Source: an uncultured Bacteroidota bacterium
Lineage (GTDB): Bacteria; Bacteroidota; Bacteroidia; 2-12-FULL-35-15
DNA: 64,000 bases
Assembly (NCBI GenBank): GCA_903926385.1
Contig: CAIYIS010000045.1
Span: 173,569 to 237,568, forward strand
Direction: 5' to 3'
The translations under genes and the position numbers were made by a program. Every line of letters begins with the position of its first letter. The first letter of the stretch is position 1. Below the pieces are notes generated by a model that had not been told where the DNA came from, did no database searches, and was given only the letters and a program-made list of their open reading frames with translations. Shown one piece after another: positions 9,614 to 18,827 of this stretch.

Positions 9614-10291
9614 ATGCCGGAAAACCAAGACAAGTTAAAACCAGATAAGTTCTTCCATTTGTATAATCACGGAAACGGAAGTGATAGTATTTTTTTTAAT
9701 GAGGCGAATTATATTTACTTTCTAACTAAGTTCAAGGAGTATATTTCTCCCATTGCTGACACTTATGCCTACTGCTTATTGCCGAATCATTTTCATTTAT
9801 TACTTAAATTTAAAGCGGAAGAAGAGATTTTCAAATTTCTAAAAGAGAATGATAAATTGCCGGATGAGAATATTACATTATCTGAATTCAAAGCATTAAC
9901 TGGGGTGAATATTGAAATAGATTTTTTTGGGTTACATATTAGTAAGCAATTTTCAAATTTATTTAATGGTTATTCGCAGGCAATAAATAAACAGGAAGGA
10001 AGAAAAGGAAGTTTGTTTTCGCGCTCTTTCAAACGAAAAGAAATTGACTCGTCAGAATATCTGAAATCTTTAATTTTGTATATTCATACTAATCCCATTC
10101 ATCATCAGTTTGCCAAAAAAATATCGGATTGGAAGTATAGTTCTTATCAATCCATGATTTCGGATTTGCCGACCAGTTTGAAAAGAAAGGAAGTAGTTGA
10201 GATGTTTAATGATTTAAATAATTTTAAAGTTTGCCATGAGCAGTTTAAAGAAACTTTAATAGCTGAGATGGATGCGGAAATAGAAAAATAG
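9614..10291 (+). CDS. REP-associated tyrosine transposase (RAYT; IS200/Y1-like HuH transposase)
   Basis: HuH motif LPNHFHLLL and the catalytic-Tyr helix ILYIHTNPI (the Y-x-x-x-NP pattern of Y1 transposases). The gene is flanked by the palindromic REPs. Confidence 0.7.
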   Translation: MPENQDKLKPDKFFHLYNHGNGSDSIFFNEANYIYFLTKFKEYISPIADTYAYCLLPNHFHLLLKFKAEEEIFKFLKENDKLPDENITLSEFKALTGVNIEIDFFGLHISKQFSNLFNGYSQAINKQEGRKGSLFSRSFKRKEIDSSEYLKSLILYIHTNPIHHQFAKKISDWKYSSYQSMISDLPTSLKRKEVVEMFNDLNNFKVCHEQFKETLIAEMDAEIEK

Positions 10292-10376
10292 ACAATTTAA
10301 ATTATGGCGGGTAACATCCATGTTTAGGATATAACCGGCTTCTGGTGAAATAATATTTTTTAACAGATAACAAATT

Positions 10377-10410
10377 ACCCCTGTCGGGGTTCTAAGCCCA
10401 GACAGGGGAT
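10377..10410. repeat. REP-like palindromic element, copy 3 (imperfect)
   Basis: cccctgtcgggg-ttctaa-gcccagacagggg, immediately downstream of the RAYT gene. Confidence 0.7.
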
Positions 10411-10425
10411 AACAAGAAAAATAAA

Positions 10426-11895
10426 ATGACAAAAAAAACAAAAGAACCTACATTGGATTTTACTACAAACTGGGCGTACGAACCGGCTCCGGAAGACACG
10501 AAACATATTACTTTGAAAAAGCAATATGATTTGTTTATTAATGGTGAGTTTGTAAAGCCAAACAGTAAAAAATATTTTGCCACATACAATCCTGCAACAG
10601 AGGAAAAAATTGCTGAAATAGCAGAGGCTGATGAGAAAGATGTGGACAAGGCGGTGAAAGCTGCCCGCAAAGCATTTGAGAAATGGTCGAAAATTTCTGC
10701 TCAGGAAAGAGGGAAGTATATTTATCGCATAGCACGCCTGATGCAGGAACGTGCGCGTGAGTTTGCTGTTATTGAAACAATGGATGGAGGAAAACCCATT
10801 CGCGAAAGTCGGGATATAGATGTTCCTCTGGCGGCTAATCATTTCTTTTATTATGCAGGTTGGGCAGATAAACTGGAATATGCTTTTCCAGGTCGAACGC
10901 CTAAACCATTAGGGGTAGCCGGACAAATTATTCCCTGGAATTTTCCACTGCTGATGGCGGCCTGGAAAATAGCTCCTGCATTGGCCACAGGAAATACAGT
11001 AGTTCTGAAACCTGCCGAAACTACTTCGCTTACTGCATTAAAACTGGCTGAGTTAATTCGCGACAGTGGCTTGCCCGAAGGTGTTGTAAACATTGTTACC
11101 GGTGCCGGTAAAACAGGAGCAGCTATTGTTAATCATCCGGACATTAATAAAATTGCTTTCACCGGTTCAACGGATGTGGGTAAAATTATTCAGAAAGCGA
11201 TTGCCGGAACAGATAAAAAGTTAACACTTGAATTAGGCGGAAAAGCGGCCAATATTATCTTTGAAGATGCGCCAATAGATCAGGCTGTTGAGGGAATTGT
11301 GAACGGAATATTTTTTAATCAGGGACATGTTTGTTGTGCAGGGTCGCGCTTGTTTGTTCAGGAAAGTGTAGCAGATATTGTGATTCGCAAACTGAAAGAC
11401 AGAATGGAAACACTTATTGTAGGAAACCCTCTGGATAAAAATACCGACATAGGAGCCATCAATTCGAAGGAACAATTATCGAAAATAAATAAATATATCA
11501 AAATAGGAATAGCTGAAGGAGCTGAAATTTATCAGAGTTCATGCGCTATTCCGGGTAAAGGAAATTTTTGTAAACCAACTTTATTTTTAAATGCATCTCA
11601 ATCGCACCGGGTGGTACAGGAAGAAATATTCGGGCCGGTGCTTACAATCCAAACATTCCGCACCATTGAAGAGGTGATTGAAAAAGCAAATAATATTCCT
11701 TATGGTTTATCGGCAGGGGTTTGGACTGACAAGGGTTCTAAGATATTTAACCTGACTTCGAAGTTGAGAGCCGGTGTGGTGTGGGCAAATACGTATAATA
11801 AATTCGACCCTACTTCACCTTTCGGAGGATACAAAGAAAGCGGATTTGGAAGAGAAGGCGGATTGCATGGGCTGATGCCGTATTTGAAATTTTGA
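10426..11895 (+). CDS. NAD(P)-dependent aldehyde dehydrogenase
   Basis: 489 aa. Contains PWNFP, the glycine-rich FTGSTDVGK, the catalytic ELGGK...CCAG cysteine region, and EEIFGPV. Confidence 0.9.
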   Translation: MTKKTKEPTLDFTTNWAYEPAPEDTKHITLKKQYDLFINGEFVKPNSKKYFATYNPATEEKIAEIAEADEKDVDKAVKAARKAFEKWSKISAQERGKYIYRIARLMQERAREFAVIETMDGGKPIRESRDIDVPLAANHFFYYAGWADKLEYAFPGRTPKPLGVAGQIIPWNFPLLMAAWKIAPALATGNTVVLKPAETTSLTALKLAELIRDSGLPEGVVNIVTGAGKTGAAIVNHPDINKIAFTGSTDVGKIIQKAIAGTDKKLTLELGGKAANIIFEDAPIDQAVEGIVNGIFFNQGHVCCAGSRLFVQESVADIVIRKLKDRMETLIVGNPLDKNTDIGAINSKEQLSKINKYIKIGIAEGAEIYQSSCAIPGKGNFCKPTLFLNASQSHRVVQEEIFGPVLTIQTFRTIEEVIEKANNIPYGLSAGVWTDKGSKIFNLTSKLRAGVVWANTYNKFDPTSPFGGYKESGFGREGGLHGLMPYLKF

Positions 11896-11917
11896 TACAT
11901 AAATAAAACTCATATTA

Positions 11918-11950
11918 TCCCTGTCAGGGTGCAGAACACTGACAAGGGTG
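11918..11950. repeat. Degenerate REP-like element, copy 4
   Basis: ccctgtcagggtg-cagaa-cactgacaagggtg, between the two ALDH-family genes. Confidence 0.55.
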
Positions 11951-11972
11951 AAACTTAAAATAAATAAAACTT

Positions 11973-12857
11973 ATGGCACGATTAGAAGTTTTGAAAACTT
12001 ACAAGATATTTATCGGTGGACAATTTCCACGAACCGAATCTGGAAGATATTATCCTTTAAAAAATAAAAAAGGAGAAGTGATAGCCAACATTTGTTTGTC
12101 GTCACGCAAAGATTTTAGAAACGCTGTAGTGGCTGCCCGCGGGGTGTTTGGAGGATGGGCAGGGCGTGCGGCATTCAATCGTTCGCAAATTCTTTATCGA
12201 ATAGCTGAGATAATGGAAGGGCGAAAAGAACAATTTATTGCCGAACTTATTTTGCAAGGAGCTGCTTCGAAATCGGCCACAGACGAAGTGATAACTGCCA
12301 TTGACCGCATGGTGTATTATGCCGGCTGGTGCGATAAATATCAGGCTTTGTTTAGTTCTGTTAATCCGGTAGCGTCCTCGCATTTTAATTTTTCTGTGGC
12401 CGAACCTACGGGTGTGGTAGCCGTTATTGCATCCGAAGAAAATTCTTTGCTGGGCTTGGTAACCGCCATAGCTCCGATTATTGCAGGGGGTAACACCTGT
12501 GTGGTGCTTGCTTCCGAAAGCAAACCGTTGTGTTCGGTAACTTTTTCGGAAGTGCTGAACACGTCCGATTTACCGGGAGGAGTGGTTAATATTATGACCG
12601 GCAGTTCGGCTGAGTTGCACACTCATTTTTCATCTCACATGGATGTAAATGCGATGGTTTATTACAGAACAAATAAAGCAGAAGTTAAACTGATTAAAGA
12701 AAATGCTTCGCTGAATGTGAAACGTGTTTTTATTTACGACTCTCAGAACATGGCAACCAATAAAGCCCAAAGCCCTTATTTTATTAACGATTTGCAAGAA
12801 ACAAAAACAACCTGGCACCCTATTGAAAATGTAGGTTCGGCAAAAGGTGGGTATTAA
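11973..12857 (+). CDS. Truncated aldehyde-dehydrogenase-like protein (N-terminal/NAD-binding half only; probably non-catalytic)
   Basis: 294 aa. Aligns with the N-terminal half of the upstream ALDH (YYAGW.DK, GN..VV, LP.GVVNI.TG) but lacks PWNFP and the catalytic Cys/Glu region. Confidence 0.6.
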   Translation: MARLEVLKTYKIFIGGQFPRTESGRYYPLKNKKGEVIANICLSSRKDFRNAVVAARGVFGGWAGRAAFNRSQILYRIAEIMEGRKEQFIAELILQGAASKSATDEVITAIDRMVYYAGWCDKYQALFSSVNPVASSHFNFSVAEPTGVVAVIASEENSLLGLVTAIAPIIAGGNTCVVLASESKPLCSVTFSEVLNTSDLPGGVVNIMTGSSAELHTHFSSHMDVNAMVYYRTNKAEVKLIKENASLNVKRVFIYDSQNMATNKAQSPYFINDLQETKTTWHPIENVGSAKGGY

Positions 12858-13164
12858 TCTATAGTACTAATTTTAATTTGTGCTTATTAAAATGCCTTCG
12901 AACAATTTTGTTCGGAGGCTTTTTGGTTCTACAATTCTAGATTCTCTTGCAATTGCGAGCCTATTTCGCCCGTCTTTTTATCTTATGGCGAACCGCGACA
13001 ACCAAAAGTTCTTTTACTTTTCCTTAGTGTTATGCATTGTGGTGAGACACCACTTAATAGTTGCCACGAGTGAAAAACATGCACAAGCAGGCAATAACGT
13101 TCTTTAAAAGTCTTTTAAACAAGAAAAAGGGGGGAGAAGTGAAAAACCGTCATTTGTTAAAGAA

Positions 13165-13500
13165 ATTGAATCTCTTTAACGAGAAAAACAAAATGGGTAA
13201 CAAGCAAAATCGTCATTTGTTCAAATCGTACAATGTCTCGTTAAAATTGTTAATCATTTTAACAAATTGTTTAATCATTTGTTAAAATTGTGCAATGTCT
13301 CGTTCAAATTGTACAATATCTTGTTCAAATCGCACAATGTCTTAAACAAATTGTGCAATGTCTCGTTCAAATCGTTCATCATTTTAACAAATTGTTTAAT
13401 CATTTGTTTAAATGGTATAATGTCTCGTTCAAATTGCACATTGCCTTAAACAAATTGTACAATGTCTTAAACAAATGGTGAAGCATTTTAACGAGATGGT
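13165..13500. repeat. Nested tandem repeat array of roughly 64-bp and 128-bp units, bounded by inverted tctcgttaaaat motifs
   Basis: The motif caatgtctcgtt[ca]aaat recurs at about 13229, 13294, 13355 and 13418. Units 1 and 3 share catcattttaacaaattgtttaatcatttgtt; units 2 and 4 share caatgtcttaaacaaat. Reverse copies ttaacgaga lie at about 13170 and 13488. Confidence 0.7.
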
Positions 13501-13865
13501 GATTTTGGGTGTTAAAAGGAAGAAACATTAGATCAAAAGATTCGAAATCGAACACAAATTTTATTTATTCGTTTACAAAAGAAGACATTATGCGTTTAAA
13601 ATTTAACATGATGCAATGATGCCAGCATTGCCCTCGACTCAGAAATGGGCTTGCATAAACAAATAATTGATAAACTTAAGCAGAAATTAACGGGGCAAAA
13701 TTAAAACACTATGAAACTCGCTGAAAATTTTCCTTCACTCAACCTAATAATTGGTGATTAGCAATTGGTGATTGCCTAAAACCTATTTAGAGATTGCTTC
13801 GCTGCGCTCGCAATGACAAACTTAAAACTGAAACTTTGAACTCGGAACTTTAAACTTAAAATCGG

Positions 13866-15611
13866 CTACCTTACTTTTACACCTTTTTTGTAGGTAACTT
13901 CGTTAATGATGTTTTCGTTTTTGTCGTAAAACACCCATTTGCCGTTTGGTTTGCTTTCTACTCGTCCGGATTTGCTTTTAACTAAGGTGTAAGACGAGGT
14001 GGAGCGTAGTTTGGCATCTTCGCCCCATGAGGCGCAGTCGCCAGCCAATAGGCCGTCTTTAAAGGTTTGTTCCATAGATTTAACGCCTGTGGGATAATAA
14101 TAGGTCCAAAGGCCGTCAAATTTTTCTTCTTTATAAACGCCTTCGCTTTCTTTAATACTATGGTTGGTAAAGGCTATCCAGTGTCCGTCTTTTTTTCCTT
14201 TTTTGTAATTGCCGGTTTCTTTCACTTTTCCCGATTCGTAAAATAGTTTCCAGAGGCCGTCTTTGAGGTCGTCTTTATAAAATCCTTCGTAAATGGGCAT
14301 GGTAGAAGGCAGGAATCCTTTCCAGGAGCCGTCCATTTTCCCGGCTTTAAAGTTTCCTTCGTCTTTCAGCACACCGTCATCGTACCACGATGTCCAGGTG
14401 CCTTCTTCTTTTCCGTCTGCAAATTTACCTTCGTTTAGTTTTTGTCCGTTTTCGTACCAGGTGGTCCAGGTGCCAATTTTTTTGCCTTGGTTATAGCTTC
14501 CTATTTTCCATTTGCTGCCTGTTTTGTAAGAATAATTCCAGAGGCTATCCATTAGGTTGTTTTTGTAATATCCTTCCGACTCTTTGATGCCCGAAGCAAA
14601 CCAATACATCCATTTTCCTGAGCGAAGGTCGTCAGACAGGGTTCCTTCCATTTCTATTTTCCCGGCTTCGTTGTACCATTTCCAGTATCCGTTTTTTTTG
14701 TCATTCACAAAAGGGCCTTCGCTTTTTACTTTTCCGTTTTTAAACCAGTTGGTGCAGTTTCCGTTTTTCTTTCCTTTGGCGTATTCTACTTTGTAGTCTT
14801 TTTCGCCCGACTGAAGGAAATAAGTCCACAGGCCATCCATGCGCCCGTCTTTATAATTGCCTTCGCTTTTCTTTTTACCGCTGTCGTATTGAGTGGTCAT
14901 TTTGCCATTGCCGTTGGTAATAATTTGCACAGCATTTTCGGCCCAGAGGTTCATCAGCAGTACTTCGTCATCCATGTAAAGGAGTTCTTGTTTTGGGTTG
15001 CCGTTTTTGTAATACTCTTTCCAGGTAGCTGTTTCGCGCCCGTGGAGGTAGCGACCTTCGGTTTGCACTTTTCCGTTTTTATGCCAGCCGGTATAGGTTC
15101 CTTCGGCTTTATTGTTAACAAAATCGCCTTCGCTTTCTTTTTGTCCGTTGTCGTAAAAATAAGTCCAGTGACCTGTTTTTTTTCCCGCATTATAGTTCTC
15201 TATGCTTTTGGGTTGGCCGTTTTCGTACCAGGCCAGCCAAGTGCTGTCTTGTTTGTCGTTCTTAAAAAAACTTACCATAGCTTTCTTTCCATTGCTGTAA
15301 TAGTAGTTCCAGGCGCCTTGTTTGTTGCCTAAACTATAGGACTCTTCTATTTTTACTTTTTTGCCGGGATAATAGGTAATGAATTTTCCGTCTTCTTTTC
15401 CACGTGTAAAGTTTCCTTCTTTGGCAATGTCACCGTTTTCGTACCACGACATCGATTTGCCATCCTGCATACCATCTTTGGTTTGTTGTTCGCTTTTTTT
15501 GTGTTTAAATTCTTTGTCCCAGTATTCGGTTACGGGCTGAGCTATCAGGCCGGTGATGAAGCAGGAGAAAAGAAGTAAGAAGATAGATTTTTTCATATTG
15601 TTTACCATCAT
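13866..15611 (-). CDS. MORN-repeat (MORN_2 / YwqK-like) secreted protein
   Basis: Has a signal peptide (MKKSIFLLLFSCFITGLIAQ; an alternative ATG start is at 15596). More than 20 tandem WxxWYENG / G.W..YY.NG repeats. Confidence 0.8.
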   Translation of the reverse strand: MMVNNMKKSIFLLLFSCFITGLIAQPVTEYWDKEFKHKKSEQQTKDGMQDGKSMSWYENGDIAKEGNFTRGKEDGKFITYYPGKKVKIEESYSLGNKQGAWNYYYSNGKKAMVSFFKNDKQDSTWLAWYENGQPKSIENYNAGKKTGHWTYFYDNGQKESEGDFVNNKAEGTYTGWHKNGKVQTEGRYLHGRETATWKEYYKNGNPKQELLYMDDEVLLMNLWAENAVQIITNGNGKMTTQYDSGKKKSEGNYKDGRMDGLWTYFLQSGEKDYKVEYAKGKKNGNCTNWFKNGKVKSEGPFVNDKKNGYWKWYNEAGKIEMEGTLSDDLRSGKWMYWFASGIKESEGYYKNNLMDSLWNYSYKTGSKWKIGSYNQGKKIGTWTTWYENGQKLNEGKFADGKEEGTWTSWYDDGVLKDEGNFKAGKMDGSWKGFLPSTMPIYEGFYKDDLKDGLWKLFYESGKVKETGNYKKGKKDGHWIAFTNHSIKESEGVYKEEKFDGLWTYYYPTGVKSMEQTFKDGLLAGDCASWGEDAKLRSTSSYTLVKSKSGRVESKPNGKWVFYDKNENIINEVTYKKGVKVR

Positions 15612-15652
15612 GCTGTGCTATTCGAAAGCCGAAACAGCACAAGTAAATTATT

Positions 15653-16660
15653 TTATTTTGTTTCTAACACTTTGAATAATTCGTCCAGTTTAGGAGTAAG
15701 AATAATTTCGGTTCTTCTGTTTTTCTTGCGAGCTTCGGCTGTTTTGGCAGGGTCGATAGGAAAGTTTTCGCCACAGCCGGCAGCCATTAATCGTTTAGGG
15801 TCTACCGATGAATTTTTTGTAATTATTTTAACAATGGAAGTGGCACGCATAACCGATAAATCCCAGTTGTCTTTTATTTCGCCTTTGCCATTCATCGCCA
15901 CATCGTCTGTATGGCCCTCTATAAGTACATTGATGTCTTTGCTTTGCTCCAGCACCTTTGCTACTTTTTTTAAGGCTTCTATTCCTTTTTCTTCAACAGC
16001 GGTGCTTCCCGAAGCAAATAGCAAACTCTCGTCCATGGACACATATACTTTTCCGTTTTTCTGAGAAATGGTTAATCCTTTTCCTTCGAAATTAAACAAC
16101 GCATCCGAAAGTTTTTTCTTCAATTCGTTGCTTGCATCGTCTTTGCTTTTCAATACAGCTTCGAGTTCGGCAACACGTGCTTCACGTTTTTTTAATTCGG
16201 CTGTGGTTTCATCCAAAGTTTTTTTCTGATTGTTGAGTTGTTCAGCCAGCTGTTTCAACTCGTCCTGTTTTTTCAGATATTCTTCCTGAGTCATCTGCAA
16301 TTCTCCTGCAATCTTTTTTGTGTCCTTTATGTTTCCTTCGAGCAGGCGATTGTACTTGGCCAGTAGCTGGTCGTTAATCTCGTTTAGTTTTGCATATTTT
16401 GCATCCGATTGTCGGTAATCGCGCCCCAGAGTAGCAGTGTCTTTTTTGAGCTGAGTTATATCTTTATCATTTTCGTTCATTACTTTTTTTGCTTCTGCCA
16501 GTTTGGAGTCGCATTCGCTGGCCGAAGTTTTGAGAGCAGCCAATTCCGACTCGCAACTTTTACGTTTAGCCTGTTCTTCTTCCATCAGTCGCTGAGGTAC
16601 GCACCCGCACATAGAAGCAGTTAATAACAACACCGAAACAGATTTGAATCCTTTTTTCAT
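15653..16660 (-). CDS. OmpA-family lipoprotein with a long coiled-coil region
   Basis: Lipobox-like LTASMCGC. A roughly 150-aa heptad-rich region is followed by the C-terminal OmpA-like domain NVLIEGHTDDV...SVMRA...RRTEIIL. Confidence 0.8.
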   Translation of the reverse strand: MKKGFKSVSVLLLTASMCGCVPQRLMEEEQAKRKSCESELAALKTSASECDSKLAEAKKVMNENDKDITQLKKDTATLGRDYRQSDAKYAKLNEINDQLLAKYNRLLEGNIKDTKKIAGELQMTQEEYLKKQDELKQLAEQLNNQKKTLDETTAELKKREARVAELEAVLKSKDDASNELKKKLSDALFNFEGKGLTISQKNGKVYVSMDESLLFASGSTAVEEKGIEALKKVAKVLEQSKDINVLIEGHTDDVAMNGKGEIKDNWDLSVMRATSIVKIITKNSSVDPKRLMAAGCGENFPIDPAKTAEARKKNRRTEIILTPKLDELFKVLETK

Positions 16661-16821
16661 TTTAAATATTTTATAAATTATTACCTCACAAAATTATTGT
16701 TTAAGAATGATGTTTTTTCGTCTCACAACAAAAGTTTATAAACATTCTCTATGTTCATTAGTTTGGGAGTGGGAAAGATATAGCTTAACAACTATCTGCA
16801 AAAGGAAGGAAAGAAAACAGA

Positions 16822-16853
16822 ACAAAAAAAACGCCCCCGTGTTAGGAGGCGGT
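16822..16853 (-). terminator. Rho-independent terminator downstream of the M1 peptidase gene (minus strand)
   Basis: Minus strand reads ccgcctcc-taacac-gggggcg followed by tttttttt. Confidence 0.6.
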
Positions 16854-16874
16854 TAGTATTATCGGGAAGGTAAA

Positions 16875-18809
16875 TTATTGTTTAATTATTTTCTGAGAAA
16901 AATTAATATCCCCTCCTCTAATTTTAATGAAATAGCTTCCTTTTGCAAGGCGTTCCATAGGAATAGAAGCTGTTGAACTTCCCTGAGAAAACGAATCGTC
17001 ACGAGAATAAATTTTACCACCCAAGACATCGAATAATTCGAAAGTTAATGTTTGTGCTGCTTTTAGCTGTATTTTAAAATTCACGTCCTGTTTTACGGGA
17101 TTAGGAAAAACAGAAATATCGTTAGTAAGAGCCGCTAGTGTAGGAACTCCGGTAACCACATTATTGTTAGATAAAATATGTAAATCGGGGTCAAACTTTA
17201 CACTGTCAACAGTGAAGTTAAGGTTAGCGGTAAACTGTTGTCCGGAAAAAGTATGATTAAACACCACAATGGTATCGTGTCCTACACCTTTGAATTCAAT
17301 CGGAATAGGCAGTTCGTAAAACGAAACAGATGGGTCGCTGGCGGTTTGATTTACCTGCAAGTTCACTGTAGTCCCAATTTGATTCCACAATAACTGATAA
17401 GATGGGAACCCCTGATTATAGTACCATTCATTAAAAAAACTGGTTAGATTTAATCCGCTTGAATTTTCAAGATGAGCTTTCAATTGAGGAGTTTTGGCGT
17501 ACCCTCCGGCCAATAAAGGGTCGTTGAGGTAATTTCTTATTCCCTGAAAAAAAGCATTGTCACCTAATTTCCACCTCAACATGTGAAGTACATACGAACC
17601 TTTGTTGTAAGATAATCTGCCATCAAAAATACGATTCACATTGGTGGTGTCATCACATTTTACTGAGCCGTTGGCAACAGAGGTGATTTGCAGAATACGC
17701 TGTTGCAATTGCCAAACAAAGGTTGGATGAAAGTAGCGCTCTTCAGTTAATGTTTCAAAATAGGTTGCAAAACTCTCGTTGAGCCAGATGTCTTCCCAAC
17801 TGCCGCAGGTAATGTAATCGCCAAACCACTGATGAGCGCATTCGTGTGCCATTAACGAGTGGTTAAATCCAATCAGAAATGTCATTGTTTGATGTTCCAT
17901 TCCTCCGCCCCATCCAAATTCTGCATGGCCATATTTTTCGTTTGCAAATGGATATTGAATGGTTAAGCTATCGTAAAACTGAATGGTATTAATGATGTCG
18001 GGCGTAATAGTAGCGGCATTAGCAGAGTCTTCGGGATAAACATAATTTAATACCTGAAGTGAGCCGCCACCCGCCAGCGGAACATAATTTGAATATTCTG
18101 CATAGTTTGTAACAGCTATGGCCACTAAATAAGCAGCTATCGGATACCGCGTTTTCCAGTGATGTATGCGGTCGGTGCCCGATTGGGTTACTGAAAGCAA
18201 TACACCATTGCTGCCCACTTTGTTTATCTGTGGCGCTGTAACAAAAATATCTAACGAATCTATTTTGTCTACCAAATCTTGTTTGCATGGCCACCAATCT
18301 TTGGCTCCGAAAGGTTCGGATAAAGTCCATATTATGGGTGTGTGAAGAGTGGCATCGTGTGTGGTTTGAACAAAAGAACCAAATCCATTAGAAGGCGGAT
18401 TACCTTTATAAAAAACAGTTACTGAATCGAGCGAATTAAGCGGAATGACAGAGGGAAATGAAATTTGCAAAATATCACCTACATTCTGAATAAATGATAT
18501 AGTTGATGAATGATATTTTACAGAATCTACCCCTAATGCTATAGTAAAATCGAACTGCATTTGATTAAACCCTGCAACAGTTGGTTTAAAATAAGTGGTT
18601 ACTGCACCTTTAATATAGTTAGTGTCCGGTTTTATTTCCCACTCGCATCGGTGATATTTTATATCATAATTGTTGATGACACCTGATGTAATCGATTTGC
18701 TTTTGGCTTCCTGTGCTTTTTGTTCCATAGCAGGAATGTCGTTTACCGTTTGGGCGTTCGAGAAAATAAAACTCAGTGAAAATATAATGCAGGATAGAAT
18801 CTTTTTCAT
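16875..18809 (-). CDS. M1-family zinc metallopeptidase (aminopeptidase N-like) with a T9SS type-A C-terminal sorting domain
   Basis: Gluzincin motif HECAHQWFGD...WLNESFATY and the GAMEN-like GGMEH. Has a signal peptide. The C-terminal roughly 80 aa (VFPNPVKQDVNFKI...GSYFIKI) is a Por/T9SS CTD. Confidence 0.85.
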   Translation of the reverse strand: MKKILSCIIFSLSFIFSNAQTVNDIPAMEQKAQEAKSKSITSGVINNYDIKYHRCEWEIKPDTNYIKGAVTTYFKPTVAGFNQMQFDFTIALGVDSVKYHSSTISFIQNVGDILQISFPSVIPLNSLDSVTVFYKGNPPSNGFGSFVQTTHDATLHTPIIWTLSEPFGAKDWWPCKQDLVDKIDSLDIFVTAPQINKVGSNGVLLSVTQSGTDRIHHWKTRYPIAAYLVAIAVTNYAEYSNYVPLAGGGSLQVLNYVYPEDSANAATITPDIINTIQFYDSLTIQYPFANEKYGHAEFGWGGGMEHQTMTFLIGFNHSLMAHECAHQWFGDYITCGSWEDIWLNESFATYFETLTEERYFHPTFVWQLQQRILQITSVANGSVKCDDTTNVNRIFDGRLSYNKGSYVLHMLRWKLGDNAFFQGIRNYLNDPLLAGGYAKTPQLKAHLENSSGLNLTSFFNEWYYNQGFPSYQLLWNQIGTTVNLQVNQTASDPSVSFYELPIPIEFKGVGHDTIVVFNHTFSGQQFTANLNFTVDSVKFDPDLHILSNNNVVTGVPTLAALTNDISVFPNPVKQDVNFKIQLKAAQTLTFELFDVLGGKIYSRDDSFSQGSSTASIPMERLAKGSYFIKIRGGDINFSQKIIKQ

Positions 18810-18827
18810 TTTTAAAAGTATTAAGTG

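Larger units (their letters stand above)
9490..10410 (+). mobile_element. REP-RAYT-REP unit
   Basis: An HuH Y1 transposase gene bracketed by three copies of the same palindrome. Confidence 0.65.

Noticed and set aside
13222-13477. Possible CRISPR array
   Set aside because: The units are degenerate and nested (64/128 bp) with no repeat-spacer alternation, and no cas genes are present.
12880-13481. Several 60-75-aa ORFs in the repeat-rich gap (12880, 13061, 13267, 13290)
   Set aside because: They overlap each other in different frames and are products of the AT-rich repeats, with no conserved features.
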